Shown here one piece after another: positions 32,989-43,297 of a DNA stretch of 56,036 nt. The position numbers and the translations under genes were made by a program. Source of the DNA: Sphingomonadales bacterium (GTDB lineage: Bacteria > Pseudomonadota > Alphaproteobacteria > Sphingomonadales > Sphingomonadaceae); NCBI GenBank assembly GCA_038210855.1, contig JBBQWE010000001.1:1-56036 (forward strand). Reading direction: 5' to 3'. The number at the start of each line of letters is the position of its first letter. The stretch's first letter is position 1. The notes under the pieces are model-generated. The model worked only from the letters and a program-made list of their open reading frames with translations, was not told the DNA's origin and made no database searches.

Positions 32989-33291
32989 GAATGCCTCCTT
33001 ATAGGTCACGACCTGCATCAGTTCTGTTGCAACCAGTAACTCCCCGCTATGAATCAGTAGGAATCCATTGTTTCCCGGAGTCGATAGTCAATTTATCCGA
33101 TTTGGCTCAAAATTGCGCAACATACATTTCCTAATTACTTACGCGACTCGCCGTTGCGGCCCCGGACAGGGAATCTGCGGCGGCGGCGCAAGACGCCGCG
33201 TAGAGGCCGGCAGCAAGCCGCGGGACGGTAGCGATGCTGCTATTCAGCAGGATGGCAGCGATGCTGCCGGGCGTCGATTTCGCCGGCCGGG

Positions 33292-34131
33292 TCAGGCGCC
33301 GGCGGCGAAATCCAGGCCGATATCGGCCGCCGGCGCGCTCTGCGTGATGCGCCCGACACTGATGTAGGTGACGCCGGTTTCTGCGATGGCGCGGATGGTC
33401 TGCAGATTGACACCGCCCGATGCTTCGGCCGGTACGCGGCCAGCGATCCGCGCGATGGCGTCGCGCAGCAACGGCGGTGCCATGTTGTCGAGCAGCAACC
33501 GGTCGGCCCCGGCGGCGAGTGCCGGCTCGATCTGGTCGATACGATCGACTTCGACGACCACATTGACCAATCCTGCTGCCTTGGCAGCGCGCACCGCCGG
33601 TTCGACTCCGCCAGCGACGGCGATATGGTTGTCCTTGATCATCACGCCATCGTCGAGGCGCATCCGGTGGTTGGTCGCCCCGCCCATGCGGGTCGCGTAT
33701 TTTTCCAGCGCTCGCAGCCCCGGCAGTGTCTTGCGCGTGTCGAGCAATATGACGCCGGTGCCGGCGATCGCATCGACATAGGCCCGGGTCAGCGTCGCGA
33801 TGCCGGTCAAATGCTGGACGGTATTGAGCGCCGATCGTTCGGCGGTGAGCAGCGCGCGAGCGTTGCCGCTGATCCGCATCAGAACGGTGCCGGCTGCAAC
33901 GCTGGCGCCTTCATCGACCAGGCTTTCGATGCGGCAATCGGGATCGAGCGCCCGAAAGAACGCCGCCGCGATCGGCAGGCCGGCGATGGTCGCGGCGTCA
34001 CGGCTGTCCATCACCGCCGTCAGCACCGCATCGACCGGAATCACCGCGGCGGAGGTGCGGTCGCCGCCTGTCCCCATGTCCTCGGCAAGTGTAGCGGTAA
34101 CAAAGGCGGCGAGGCTGAAATCAGGGGTCAT
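33292..34131 (-). CDS. nadC: Nicotinate-nucleotide diphosphorylase (carboxylating)
   Basis: ERSALN, DTRKTLPG, HRMRLDDGVMIKDNH, LLDNM, EASGG. Confidence 0.96.
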   Translation of the reverse strand: MTPDFSLAAFVTATLAEDMGTGGDRTSAAVIPVDAVLTAVMDSRDAATIAGLPIAAAFFRALDPDCRIESLVDEGASVAAGTVLMRISGNARALLTAERSALNTVQHLTGIATLTRAYVDAIAGTGVILLDTRKTLPGLRALEKYATRMGGATNHRMRLDDGVMIKDNHIAVAGGVEPAVRAAKAAGLVNVVVEVDRIDQIEPALAAGADRLLLDNMAPPLLRDAIARIAGRVPAEASGGVNLQTIRAIAETGVTYISVGRITQSAPAADIGLDFAAGA

Positions 34132-34442
34132 TTCTGGCGACAATCGGCGATGGCGGCCCGCGCCGCTTCGCGTGCCCGCTCGGCAGCAGCAGGCGCCTCG
34201 GCCGGGCTGAGCCCGTGTTCGGCGAGCAATGCCGCCTTGGGCGCGATGCGTTCCGCCGACGGCCGCGACGTCACTGCTTTCATGCCGAGGAAGTAGCGAC
34301 CTTCAGCCGTCACCTGCAGCCGGTCGGCGGCGCAAGCGCACACCGCGGCCGTGTTCGCCTGGCCACAGCGCGACTGAAAGATGCCGCTATTGTCGAAAGC
34401 GGCTCCCGAGGCGGCGGCAGCGACCAGCAGGGCAATCAGCAT
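34128..34442 (-). CDS. Small hypothetical secreted protein (104 aa, 4 Cys incl. CxC)
   Basis: MLIALLVAAAASGAA...RC...VCAC...DCRQK; starts 2 nt after nadA stop, ATGA overlap with nadC. Confidence 0.7.
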   Translation of the reverse strand: MLIALLVAAAASGAAFDNSGIFQSRCGQANTAAVCACAADRLQVTAEGRYFLGMKAVTSRPSAERIAPKAALLAEHGLSPAEAPAAAERAREAARAAIADCRQK

Positions 34443-34444
34443 GC

Positions 34445-35443
34445 TCAATCCCCCCGCACCGGCACCGCGGACACCGCGCCGGCCATTTCCAGCATCCGGT
34501 CGAGCGACACCTTGGCGCGGATCCGTACGTCCTCCGGCACTTCGATCTGCGGCCGCAGGTCGCGCAGCGCCAGGTACAGCTTTTCCATCGTATTCAGCGC
34601 CATGAACGGGCACATGTTGCAGCCGCAATTGCCGTCGGCACCCGGCGCGCCGATGAAGGTCTTGTGCGGCGCCGCCAGCTGCATCTGGTGGATGATGTTG
34701 GGCTCGGTCGCCACGATCACCACCGGTTCGGGGCTGTTCAGCGCGTAGTTCAGGATGCCCGAAGTGGCGCCGACATAATGCGCCAGGTCGAGGATCGCCG
34801 CCGGGCATTCGGGGTGCGCCAGCACCGGCGCCGCCGGGTGCTGCGCCTTCAACTTCAGCAACTCCGTCACCGAAAAGCGTTCGTGGACGATGCAGGTGCC
34901 GTCCCACAACAGCATGTCGCGCCCGGTCTTGCGGTTGAGCCAGGCGCCGAGATGCTTGTCTGGTGCGAACAGGATTTTCTGGTCGGCCGGCAACTGGTTG
35001 ATGATCTTTTCCGCCGACGACGAGGTGACGATGATGTCGCTCTCCGCCTTCACCGCTGCCGAACAATTGATGTAGGTCAGGCTGATGTGATCGGGATGCG
35101 CGCGGCGAAAACGGGCGAACTCCTCCGGTGGGCACGAATCCTCCAGGCTGCATCCCGCTTTCAGGTCGGGCAGCACCACCGTCTTTTGCGGGCTGAGGAT
35201 CTTTGCGACTTCGGCCATGAACTTGACACCGCAAAAGGCGATCACTTCGGCGTCGGTCGCTGCCGCCTTGCGCGACAGGTCGAGGCTGTCACCGACGAAA
35301 TCGGCGATGTCCTGGATTGCCGGCTCCTGGTAATAATGCGCCAGGATCACGGCGTTGCGCTCCCGCCGCAGCCGGTCGATCTCGGCCTTCAGGTCGAGGG
35401 CGGGAATTCCCAGGCCCCCCAGCGGGTTCAAGCGAGCGTCCAT
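34445..35443 (-). CDS. nadA: Quinolinate synthase
   Basis: [34 protein letters not shown]. Confidence 0.97.
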   Translation of the reverse strand: MDARLNPLGGLGIPALDLKAEIDRLRRERNAVILAHYYQEPAIQDIADFVGDSLDLSRKAAATDAEVIAFCGVKFMAEVAKILSPQKTVVLPDLKAGCSLEDSCPPEEFARFRRAHPDHISLTYINCSAAVKAESDIIVTSSSAEKIINQLPADQKILFAPDKHLGAWLNRKTGRDMLLWDGTCIVHERFSVTELLKLKAQHPAAPVLAHPECPAAILDLAHYVGATSGILNYALNSPEPVVIVATEPNIIHQMQLAAPHKTFIGAPGADGNCGCNMCPFMALNTMEKLYLALRDLRPQIEVPEDVRIRAKVSLDRMLEMAGAVSAVPVRGD

Positions 35444-35467
35444 AAATCCCCACATCCCTATGTTTGT

Positions 35468-36082
35468 TCAGGGCTTCAACGTCACCACGACGCGCGCTTC
35501 GGCAAAACCGGCAGCGCGCAGCGGCAGCAGGAAGGTGCGCTCCACCGCCTTGATCCCGGCGTCGCGCGCCATGCCGGTCAGCGCCGGTGCGCGCGCCTGG
35601 GTCAGCAGCGCCTCGTTGACCACGGCACGGTTGGCGGCATCCAGCTGGGCTTCGGCATCGGTCAGCGCGAACAGCAGCGATCCGGCGCGCAATTCGCGAG
35701 TCGCGGCGATTTCGACCTCCGGCCCGGCCAGCGCCGGCGCCGGAGCCGAAACACGCAGCGTCTGCGTCGCCGGCACCCAGCTGACATCGTCGAAGGCGAT
35801 ACCGTTCCAGTCGATCTCGTAGCGCACCGTGCCCGGCACGATCAGCGTCTTGGTGCCGGAAAGCAGCCCCAGCCGGGTCTGTTCCGATGTGATCACGGCG
35901 GTGAAACGCGCTGCCAGAACGGTCAGCCTCGCTTCCTCGCGCACTGCGCGCAGCGACGCCTGGGCGACGGTGGCACCATTGGGGCCGGGGCGAAGCCAAT
36001 GCGACAGCCGATCGCCGGTCAGCAAGACGCCCGCTGCGCCGATCAGCAACCCGATCAGCAGCGGCAGCAACCAACGCTTCAC
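35468..36082 (-). CDS. DUF4230-like protein with N-terminal TM
   Basis: Single TM; KTLIVPGTVRYEID; GTGA overlap with upstream gene. Confidence 0.7.
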   Translation of the reverse strand: MKRWLLPLLIGLLIGAAGVLLTGDRLSHWLRPGPNGATVAQASLRAVREEARLTVLAARFTAVITSEQTRLGLLSGTKTLIVPGTVRYEIDWNGIAFDDVSWVPATQTLRVSAPAPALAGPEVEIAATRELRAGSLLFALTDAEAQLDAANRAVVNEALLTQARAPALTGMARDAGIKAVERTFLLPLRAAGFAEARVVVTLKP

Positions 36083-36951
36083 GCCAGCCTCCAGGCGTCG
36101 CCCGCCGGTGCCACCTGCCCGCGGCGCTGCAGGTCGACAAGATGGGCCAGCACCGATCGCCCGGCGGCCGGGTGCAATCGCCTGTCGACCATCGCGTACA
36201 TCACGCCGACCATGTCGGGGATCGCCCGATGACCTTCGCCGAGCAGCTTGAGGATCTGGTTTTCGCGCTGGCGGCGGTGAGTGATCAGGCCGCGCACCAG
36301 CCGTTGCGGCTCCCGGATCGCTTCACCATGAGTAGGGTGATACACGTCGTCGTCGCGATCGAGCAGCTTCTGCAGGCTGGCGATGTAGTCGCCCATGTCG
36401 CCATCGGGCGGCGCCACGACGGTCGTCGACCAGCCCATGACATGGTCACCGGTGAAAAGCGCCTTTTCCTCGGCCAGTGCATAGCAGAGATGGTTGGACG
36501 TATGCCCCGGCGTTGCGACGGCCGTCAGTGTCCAGCCCGGGCCGGATATGCTGTCGCCCTCCGCCAGCACCTGATCGGGGGCATAGCCTGGGTCGAAGCC
36601 GGCATCGGCGCGCGGGCCGTCATCCGAAAGCACCAGCGGCGCACAGCCGACGATGCGAGCGCCGGTCGCCGCCTGCACCGCCGGTGCCGCCGGCGAATGG
36701 TCCATGTGCGTGTGGGTGACGACAATGTGAGTGATGCGTTCCCCGGCGAGCGCCGTCAGCAGCGCCGCGACATGGTCGGGATCAGCCGGGCCGGGATCGA
36801 TCACAGCGACATCGCCATGGCCGACGACGAAAGTGCCGGTGCCGGTAAAGGTGAATGGCGAAGGGTTGCGCGCCAGCAGGCGTCGCACCAGCGGCGAACG
36901 CGCCGCCAGCCGGCCATAGGCAGCATTGTCGGGGTGGTCCTGCAAATCCAT
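36079..36951 (-). CDS. MBL-fold metallo-hydrolase (LACTB2-like)
   Basis: NPSPFTFTGT, THTHMDH, TPGHTSNH, GDHVMGWST. Confidence 0.93.
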   Translation of the reverse strand: MDLQDHPDNAAYGRLAARSPLVRRLLARNPSPFTFTGTGTFVVGHGDVAVIDPGPADPDHVAALLTALAGERITHIVVTHTHMDHSPAAPAVQAATGARIVGCAPLVLSDDGPRADAGFDPGYAPDQVLAEGDSISGPGWTLTAVATPGHTSNHLCYALAEEKALFTGDHVMGWSTTVVAPPDGDMGDYIASLQKLLDRDDDVYHPTHGEAIREPQRLVRGLITHRRQRENQILKLLGEGHRAIPDMVGVMYAMVDRRLHPAAGRSVLAHLVDLQRRGQVAPAGDAWRLA

Positions 36952-37102
36952 GGGCCCGATGTGGCATCGCCCCCGGCAAAACGGAAGGGGGTTGCCGGCC
37001 GCCGATGGCGCGGCGCCCCGCCGCTGGCGCGATGCAGTTGTCGGAAACCGGCTTTGCTCCTAACGCAATGCCCACACTGGCCCGCAACGGAACCGCCATC
37101 CG

Positions 37103-38356
37103 ATGACCAAACCCGACGTGCGTTACGACTGCCTGATTGTCGGTGCCGGCCATGGCGGCGCGCAAACGGCGATCCAGCTTCGCCAATTGGGTTTCGGCGG
37201 CAGTATCGGCGTGATCGGCGAAGAGCCCGAGCTTCCCTACGAACGCCCGCCGCTGTCGAAGGAATTTCTCGCCGGCGAAAAGAGCTTCGACCGGTTGCTG
37301 ATCCGCACCCCGGCTTTCTGGCAGGAACGTTGCGTCGATTTCCTGACCGGCCGCCGAGTCACCGCGATCGATCCGGACAGCCGCAGCGTGACCAGCAGCG
37401 ATGGCGCCAGCTTCGGTTATGGCGAGCTGGTCTGGGCCGCCGGCGGTGCGCCGCGCCGGCTGCGCTGCAACGGCCATGATCTGGCCGGCGTGCATTGCAT
37501 CCGCACCCGCGCCGATGTCGAAAGCCTGAAATCCGAACTTGCCGGGGCCGTCCGGGTGGTGGTTGTCGGCGGCGGCTATATCGGGCTGGAGGCAGCAGCA
37601 GTGCTGACCAAGCTCGGCAAGTCTGTCACCGTGGTCGAGGCGCTGGACCGGGTGCTGGCGCGAGTCGCCGGGCCGGAATTTTCGGCCTTCATCGAATCGG
37701 CGCACCGGGATCGCGGCGTCACCATCGTCACCGGTACTACCGTTACCACCATCACCGGCGCCGGCGGCCGCGCCGATGGCGTCACGCTTGCCGATGGCCG
37801 CCGCCTCGATGCCGATATTGTGATCGTCGGCATCGGTATCGTTCCCGAAATCGAACCGCTGATTGCCGCCGGCGCTGCCGGTGGCAATGGCGTCGACATC
37901 GACGACCATTGCCGCACCAGCCTGGCGCATGTCTGGGCGATCGGCGATTGCGCGGCGCACGAAAACGCCTTCGCCGCCGGAGCCCGCATCCGCCTTGAAT
38001 CGGTACAGAATGCCAACGACATGGCAGCGACGGTGGCGAACAACCTCGCCGGGACTCCGCGCGCCTACCGGTCGGTGCCGTGGTTCTGGTCGAACCAGTT
38101 CGACCTGCGCCTGCAAACCGTCGGCCTGTCGATCGGCCACGACGCGACAGTGCTGCGCGGCGATCCGGCAAGCGGCAGCTTCGCGCTGGTCTACCTGCGT
38201 GCGGGCCGGGTGATCGCTCTGGATTGCGTCAACGCCGTCAAGGATTACGTGCAAGGCAAGGCGCTGGTCGAACACGCCATTGCCGTTCCCGCGGCGAGCC
38301 TTGCCGATACCGCCACCCCTTTGAAACACTGGCACGGCCACGGAGCCTCCGCATGA
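37103..38356 (+). CDS. FAD-dependent ferredoxin reductase
   Basis: GAGHGG, PYERPPLSK, GGGYIGLE, RLESVQNA, PWFWSNQ. Confidence 0.93.
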   Translation: MTKPDVRYDCLIVGAGHGGAQTAIQLRQLGFGGSIGVIGEEPELPYERPPLSKEFLAGEKSFDRLLIRTPAFWQERCVDFLTGRRVTAIDPDSRSVTSSDGASFGYGELVWAAGGAPRRLRCNGHDLAGVHCIRTRADVESLKSELAGAVRVVVVGGGYIGLEAAAVLTKLGKSVTVVEALDRVLARVAGPEFSAFIESAHRDRGVTIVTGTTVTTITGAGGRADGVTLADGRRLDADIVIVGIGIVPEIEPLIAAGAAGGNGVDIDDHCRTSLAHVWAIGDCAAHENAFAAGARIRLESVQNANDMAATVANNLAGTPRAYRSVPWFWSNQFDLRLQTVGLSIGHDATVLRGDPASGSFALVYLRAGRVIALDCVNAVKDYVQGKALVEHAIAVPAASLADTATPLKHWHGHGASA

Positions 38357-38865
38357 CCACCCGGCTGATCCTTTCCATCATCGGCAGCGATCGTCCCGGC
38401 CTCACCGATGCGCTCGCTGCCGCCGTCCTCGCTGCCGGCGGCAACTGGCTGGAAAGCCACCTTGCCCGGCTTGGCGGCAAATATGTCGGATCGGTGCTCG
38501 TCGAGATCGCCGAGCCCGGCATCGCCGCGCTGCGCGCCGGCGTCGCCGCGGTCGATGCTATCGGGCTGAAAGTCGAAATCGTGCCGGCGGGCGATGCGGC
38601 ACCAGCTCCCGACCTGCTCGCCGTCGCGCTGGTCGGCCAGGACCGGCCGGGGATCGTCCGCGAATTCGCCGCCGCGCTGGCGCCGCTCGATGTCAACATC
38701 GAAGCGCTGCGCACCTGGGTCGAGGCCGGTTCCTGGTCGGGTGCGCCGCTGTTTCGTGCCGACGCACGGCTGCGGTTGCCGGCCGGAATCGACGCGGCGG
38801 CCATTCGCAGCGCGCTGGAAGGCATTTCGGCGGAAATCATGGTGGACATGCCCGACGGCCAATAG
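38353..38865 (+). CDS. Double ACT-domain protein (GcvR-like)
   Basis: GSDRPGL and GQDRPGIV; GGNWLES; ATGA overlap with upstream gene. Confidence 0.88.
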   Translation: MTTRLILSIIGSDRPGLTDALAAAVLAAGGNWLESHLARLGGKYVGSVLVEIAEPGIAALRAGVAAVDAIGLKVEIVPAGDAAPAPDLLAVALVGQDRPGIVREFAAALAPLDVNIEALRTWVEAGSWSGAPLFRADARLRLPAGIDAAAIRSALEGISAEIMVDMPDGQ

Positions 38866-38967
38866 GCCGCACCCGATTCCGGCAACGTAGGCGACACTCC
38901 TCATTTCCGGCGGTTGCCTTCCTGCCCCTGTCGAGTAGCGATAGGCAGAACATCGGGGAGTTCGGCC

Positions 38968-40605
38968 GTGGCGGAGAATTGGGATTACATCATCGTCGGG
39001 GCAGGATCGGCCGGCTGCGTGCTCGCCAACCGGCTTTCCGCTGATCCGCGGTCGCGCGTGCTGCTGATTGAAGCCGGCGGCAAGGACAATGCGCTGGCAA
39101 TCCAGATGCCGGCCGGCCTCGTGCAGATCATCCCGCCCGAAACTGCCAGCCCCTATGACTGGGGGTTCTGGACAGTGCCGCAGGCCGAAATGGGCGGCCG
39201 CGCCATGTACTGGCCCCGCGGCCGGGCACTCGGCGGATCGTCGTCCATCAACGGCATGGTCTATATCCGCGGCCATTCGAGCGATTATGATCGCTGGGCG
39301 CAATTGGGCCTGACCGGCTGGGGCTGGGCCGATGTGCTGCCCTATTTCCGCAAGGCGGAAAACAGCGAGCGCGGCGCCGACGAATTCCATGGCACCGGCG
39401 GGCCGTTGCATACCTCGATCAAGGGCGCGCTGCCCCATGTCCTCAACGAGGTTTTCATCAAGGCCTGCACCGAAGCCGGCTATCCCCGCACCAGCGATTT
39501 CAACGGGCCGCAATTCGAAGGCGCCGGAATCTACGATGCGACGATCAAGGACGGCAGCCGCTTTTCGGCCGCCAAGGCCTATCTGACGCCGGAGGTGAAG
39601 GCGCGCCCAAACCTTGAGATCCGCACCGATGTCCAAGTCGATCGCGTCACGTTCGAGAACCGCCGCGCCACCGGCATCGCCTATCGCCAGCGCGGGCGCG
39701 ACCTGGTGGCGGCGGGGCGCGAAGTGATCCTTGCCGGCGGCGCGATCGGGTCGCCGCAATTGCTGATGCTGTCGGGCATCGGCCCCGCCGAACATCTGAA
39801 GGCGATGGGCATCGCCGTCGTTCACGACAGCCCCGATGTCGGCGAAAACCTGCAGGACCACCTCGACATGATCGTGCAATATGATTGCACGCAGCCGATC
39901 ACGCTGAACGGCAACGCCAAATTGACCACAAAGCTGGTGGCGCTGGGCAAATGGGTGTTCGGCAAAACCGGCAATGCCGCGCACATGCCGACGCCGGCCG
40001 GCGCCTTCCTGCCCTCGCGCGAAGGCCTCGTCGCACCCGATCTGCAGATTCATTTCATGCCGGTGAAGGGCAATCCCCATGGCCGCGGCGAGCTGAGCGG
40101 CACGCACGGCTATCAGATGCACGTCTGCCAGTTGCGCCCCGAAAGCCGCGGCACCATCCGGCTGGCAGCGCCCGATCCCCTGGCACCGCCGGCGATCGAT
40201 CCGCGGTATCTGTCGGCTCCCGAAGACATCGAAACGCTCTGTCGCGGTGTCGAGATTGCCCGGACAATCGGCCGGCAGCCGGCGTTCGCAGCCTATGCCA
40301 AGGCCGAAGCCTGGCCAGGACCCGGCGTTACGACCCGCGCCGATGTCATCGCAGCGATGCGGCAATGGGGGGAAACCATCTACCATCCGGTCGGCACCTG
40401 CCGGATGGGGGTCGATGACCGTGCCGTCGTCGACGGCCAGTGCCGCGTCAACGGCGTTGAAGGCCTGCGCGTCGTCGATGCTTCGGTCATGCCCTATCTC
40501 ATCTCGGGCAACACCAATGCACCGACGATCATGATCGCCGAAAAGGTTGCCGACATGATCGGCGATCGCCGCACCCTCGAACGCAAGCTGGGGATCGCCG
40601 CATGA
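38968..40605 (+). CDS. GMC family oxidoreductase (choline dehydrogenase-like)
   Basis: GAGSAG, GGSSSINGM, GENLQDH, YHPVGTC, GNTNAP; GTG start behind GGAG. Confidence 0.94.
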   Translation: MAENWDYIIVGAGSAGCVLANRLSADPRSRVLLIEAGGKDNALAIQMPAGLVQIIPPETASPYDWGFWTVPQAEMGGRAMYWPRGRALGGSSSINGMVYIRGHSSDYDRWAQLGLTGWGWADVLPYFRKAENSERGADEFHGTGGPLHTSIKGALPHVLNEVFIKACTEAGYPRTSDFNGPQFEGAGIYDATIKDGSRFSAAKAYLTPEVKARPNLEIRTDVQVDRVTFENRRATGIAYRQRGRDLVAAGREVILAGGAIGSPQLLMLSGIGPAEHLKAMGIAVVHDSPDVGENLQDHLDMIVQYDCTQPITLNGNAKLTTKLVALGKWVFGKTGNAAHMPTPAGAFLPSREGLVAPDLQIHFMPVKGNPHGRGELSGTHGYQMHVCQLRPESRGTIRLAAPDPLAPPAIDPRYLSAPEDIETLCRGVEIARTIGRQPAFAAYAKAEAWPGPGVTTRADVIAAMRQWGETIYHPVGTCRMGVDDRAVVDGQCRVNGVEGLRVVDASVMPYLISGNTNAPTIMIAEKVADMIGDRRTLERKLGIAA

Positions 40606-41735
40606 CCGCCCTGCCCTTCGAAATTCCGGTCAATGCCGACGAAACGGCGTGGATTCGCGCCCGCGTGGCCGATTTCCGCTTTTTCGAAGAGCCTGAAGGC
40701 GCCGGCTGGGCCCATGGCGCCAACCGCGATTACATGCAGCGGTTGCGGCGCTATTGGCTCGACGATTACGACTGGCCGGCGGCGGTGGCGCATCTCAACC
40801 GCCTGCGCCATTTTCGCGTCGATTTGGGGGATGGCTATCGCCTCCACGCCATTCACCAGCGCTCGTCGCGGCCCGACGCACGGCCGCTGCTGATCGCCCA
40901 TGGCTGGCCAGGGTCGATCCTCGAATTCGATGCGATCATCGAGCGGCTGGTCGAACCCGAGGACGCCTCGCAGCCGGCGTTCCATGTCGTGGCGCCGTCG
41001 CTGCCGGGCTATGCCTGGTCCGACCGGCCAAAGCAGCCGATCGGGCCGCGCGGCGTGGCACGGCTCTATGACGCATTGATGCCGGCGCTTGGTTACGATC
41101 GATACCTCTACCAGGGCGGCGACTGGGGGTGCGTCATCGGCGGCTGGATCGGGCTCGATAGCGGCAAGGTGGAGGCGATCCACCTCAATGGCTTCGGGTT
41201 GCGGCCGGCCGACATGAGCCCGTCGACACCGGAGCAGGGCAACTGGCTGCAAAAGGCCGTCGCTACCCGGGATCGCGAGACTGCCTATCTGCAATTGCAG
41301 GGGACCAAGCCGCAAAGCCTCGGCTTCGCGATGATGGATTCGCCGATGGGGGTCGCCGCCTGGTTCGCCGAAAAATTCGTCGGCTGGTCGGACGAGAACC
41401 CGCAAGGGCTCGCCGATCCGCCGTACAGCTTCGACACGATGCTGACCAACATCATGATCTACCTGACGACGCGCAGCTTCCTGACCGCCACGTGGATTTA
41501 CCGCGGCATGTTCCTTGAAGGCGGCTTTTCGATGCCGGCCGGCGCGCGCATCGAAAAGCCGGTCGGCGTCGCGGCTTTCCCCAAGGATCTGCTCGCCTTC
41601 CCGCCGCGCGAGATGGTCGAACGCGGCTACAATGTCGTTCACTGGACCGACATGCCGCGCGGCGGCCATTTCGCCAGCCTCGAAGAACCGGAGCTCTTCC
41701 TTGCCGATCTGCGGAAGTTTGCCGCCGGCCTGTGA
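40602..41735 (+). CDS. Epoxide hydrolase (microsomal type)
   Basis: [26 protein letters not shown]. Confidence 0.93.
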   Translation: MTALPFEIPVNADETAWIRARVADFRFFEEPEGAGWAHGANRDYMQRLRRYWLDDYDWPAAVAHLNRLRHFRVDLGDGYRLHAIHQRSSRPDARPLLIAHGWPGSILEFDAIIERLVEPEDASQPAFHVVAPSLPGYAWSDRPKQPIGPRGVARLYDALMPALGYDRYLYQGGDWGCVIGGWIGLDSGKVEAIHLNGFGLRPADMSPSTPEQGNWLQKAVATRDRETAYLQLQGTKPQSLGFAMMDSPMGVAAWFAEKFVGWSDENPQGLADPPYSFDTMLTNIMIYLTTRSFLTATWIYRGMFLEGGFSMPAGARIEKPVGVAAFPKDLLAFPPREMVERGYNVVHWTDMPRGGHFASLEEPELFLADLRKFAAGL

Positions 41736-42421
41736 CGGCAACGATTCCAGCGGCCCCGGAATGGCGGGTGGAACCGGGCCTCCTGACGTATCCGGCCGCG
41801 CTTACTGCGATGACGGCGCGAGCAGAGGCCATTCGCGCCGGCACGGCGGCGGAACTGGTCTGGCTTGTCGAACACCCGCCGCTCTACACCGCCGGCACCA
41901 GCGCCGTGCGCGCCGACCTGCTCGATCCCGATCGCTTTCCGGTGTTCGAGGCCGGCCGCGGCGGTCGCTATACCTATCACGGGCCGGGCCAGCGCACGGT
42001 CTATGTCATGCTCGATCTGGCGGCGCGGAACCGCGACGTCCGGCGCTTCGTCGCCGGTCTCGAAGCCTGGGTCATCGCCACGCTCGGCGATTTCGGCGTC
42101 GCGAGTCGCTTGATCGACGGCAAGATCGGCGTGTGGACCGACACGCCCGCCGGCCCGGCAAAGATCGCCGCGATCGGTGTCCGGCTGCGGCGCTGGGTCA
42201 GCTTCCACGGCCTTGCTGTCAACGTCGCACCGGCGCTGGATCATTTCGACGGCATCGTGCCTTGCGGCCTGTCCGAACCGGTCACCAGCCTTTCGGCGCT
42301 CGGCGTTGCTGTGGACATGCCGGCCTTCGATCGGGCGCTGCGCCAGCGCCTGCCCGCTTTCCTCGAAAGCCTCGCCGCGCCGGCGAGAACTGATTTAATC
42401 CCATTGTCACATGGCCCTTGA
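41732..42421 (+). CDS. lipB: Octanoyltransferase LipB
   Basis: [39 protein letters not shown]. Confidence 0.96.
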   Translation: MTATIPAAPEWRVEPGLLTYPAALTAMTARAEAIRAGTAAELVWLVEHPPLYTAGTSAVRADLLDPDRFPVFEAGRGGRYTYHGPGQRTVYVMLDLAARNRDVRRFVAGLEAWVIATLGDFGVASRLIDGKIGVWTDTPAGPAKIAAIGVRLRRWVSFHGLAVNVAPALDHFDGIVPCGLSEPVTSLSALGVAVDMPAFDRALRQRLPAFLESLAAPARTDLIPLSHGP

Positions 42422-42519
42422 GGGGCCGGCGTTTTCTGCTAATGTCCACCACGGTTGGGGGATAAGGATTTACCGACCCAACTTGTCCTGGGTCCAGGAA
42501 TCTCAACAGGAGTTTGAAA

Positions 42520-42801
42520 ATGGCTGACATCGTCTCGAAGCTGAAGACCGCCACCCTCATCGCTGGCGCTGCCCTGTTCGTCGTCGCTTGCGGCGAGAAG
42601 AAGGCCGAAACCACCACCACCGAAACCACGACGACCACCGAAGCTGCTGCTCCGGCCGCCGATCCGATGGCCGCTCCGGCCGCCGACGCTCCGGCTGCTG
42701 ACGCCATGGCCCCGGCCGCTGGCGCTGCCGACGCTGCTGCTCCGGCCGCCGACGCCATGGCCGCTCCGGCTGCCGACGCGATGGCCGAAGAGAAGAAGTA
42801 A
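42520..42801 (+). CDS. Small Ala/Thr/Asp-rich lipoprotein
   Basis: AGGAG RBS; lipobox VVAC; Thr run and APAADAMA-type repeats. Confidence 0.85.
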   Translation: MADIVSKLKTATLIAGAALFVVACGEKKAETTTTETTTTTEAAAPAADPMAAPAADAPAADAMAPAAGAADAAAPAADAMAAPAADAMAEEKK

Positions 42802-42833
42802 TCTCGACTTCTGCTTGTCATGAGTTAGGAAAG

Positions 42834-42859
42834 GGCCGCCGCAAGGCGGCCTTTTTTTT
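42834..42859 (+). terminator. Rho-independent terminator
   Basis: ggccgcc-gcaa-ggcggcc followed by T8. Confidence 0.92.
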
Positions 42860-42879
42860 GGTTGGGGAAGGATGAATCC

Positions 42880-43179
42880 ATGAGTCTCGAACAGATCACC
42901 GAACAGATGCAGGGCCGGATCGGTGCCGGCGGCAGTTTCAAAAAGTCGGTCAAATTCGATTTCGGCAGCGATGGCCTGGTTCGCATCGATGACAAGGTCT
43001 CGCCGGCGATTGTCGACAACAGCGACGCGCCGACCGACTGCACCGTGAAGGTCGCCATGGCCGATTTCATGGAAATCGCCACGGGCAAGCAGAACGCCCA
43101 GATGGCGTTCATGATGGGCAAGCTGAAGGTCGAAGGCGACATGTCGGTTGCCATGCAGCTCGGCAGCATCCTTGGCTGA
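42880..43179 (+). CDS. SCP2 sterol-binding domain protein
   Basis: DCTVKV, AFMMGKLKVEGDMSVAMQL. Confidence 0.92.
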   Translation: MSLEQITEQMQGRIGAGGSFKKSVKFDFGSDGLVRIDDKVSPAIVDNSDAPTDCTVKVAMADFMEIATGKQNAQMAFMMGKLKVEGDMSVAMQLGSILG

Positions 43180-43297
43180 CCCTGCATTGCGCGGTCACGC
43201 CGATCGCGCCGGATACAGCGCTTCAGGGGTGGCGGACCGGTCATGGCAAGGCTATGCCAAGGCCATGCCGGTCCCCCGTTCCCTGCAGAGTTGTTCG

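Noticed and set aside
33101-33118. Sigma-54 promoter-like tggctcaaaattgc
   Set aside because: GG-to-GC spacing is 9 rather than 10, and it faces away from the ice-binding gene
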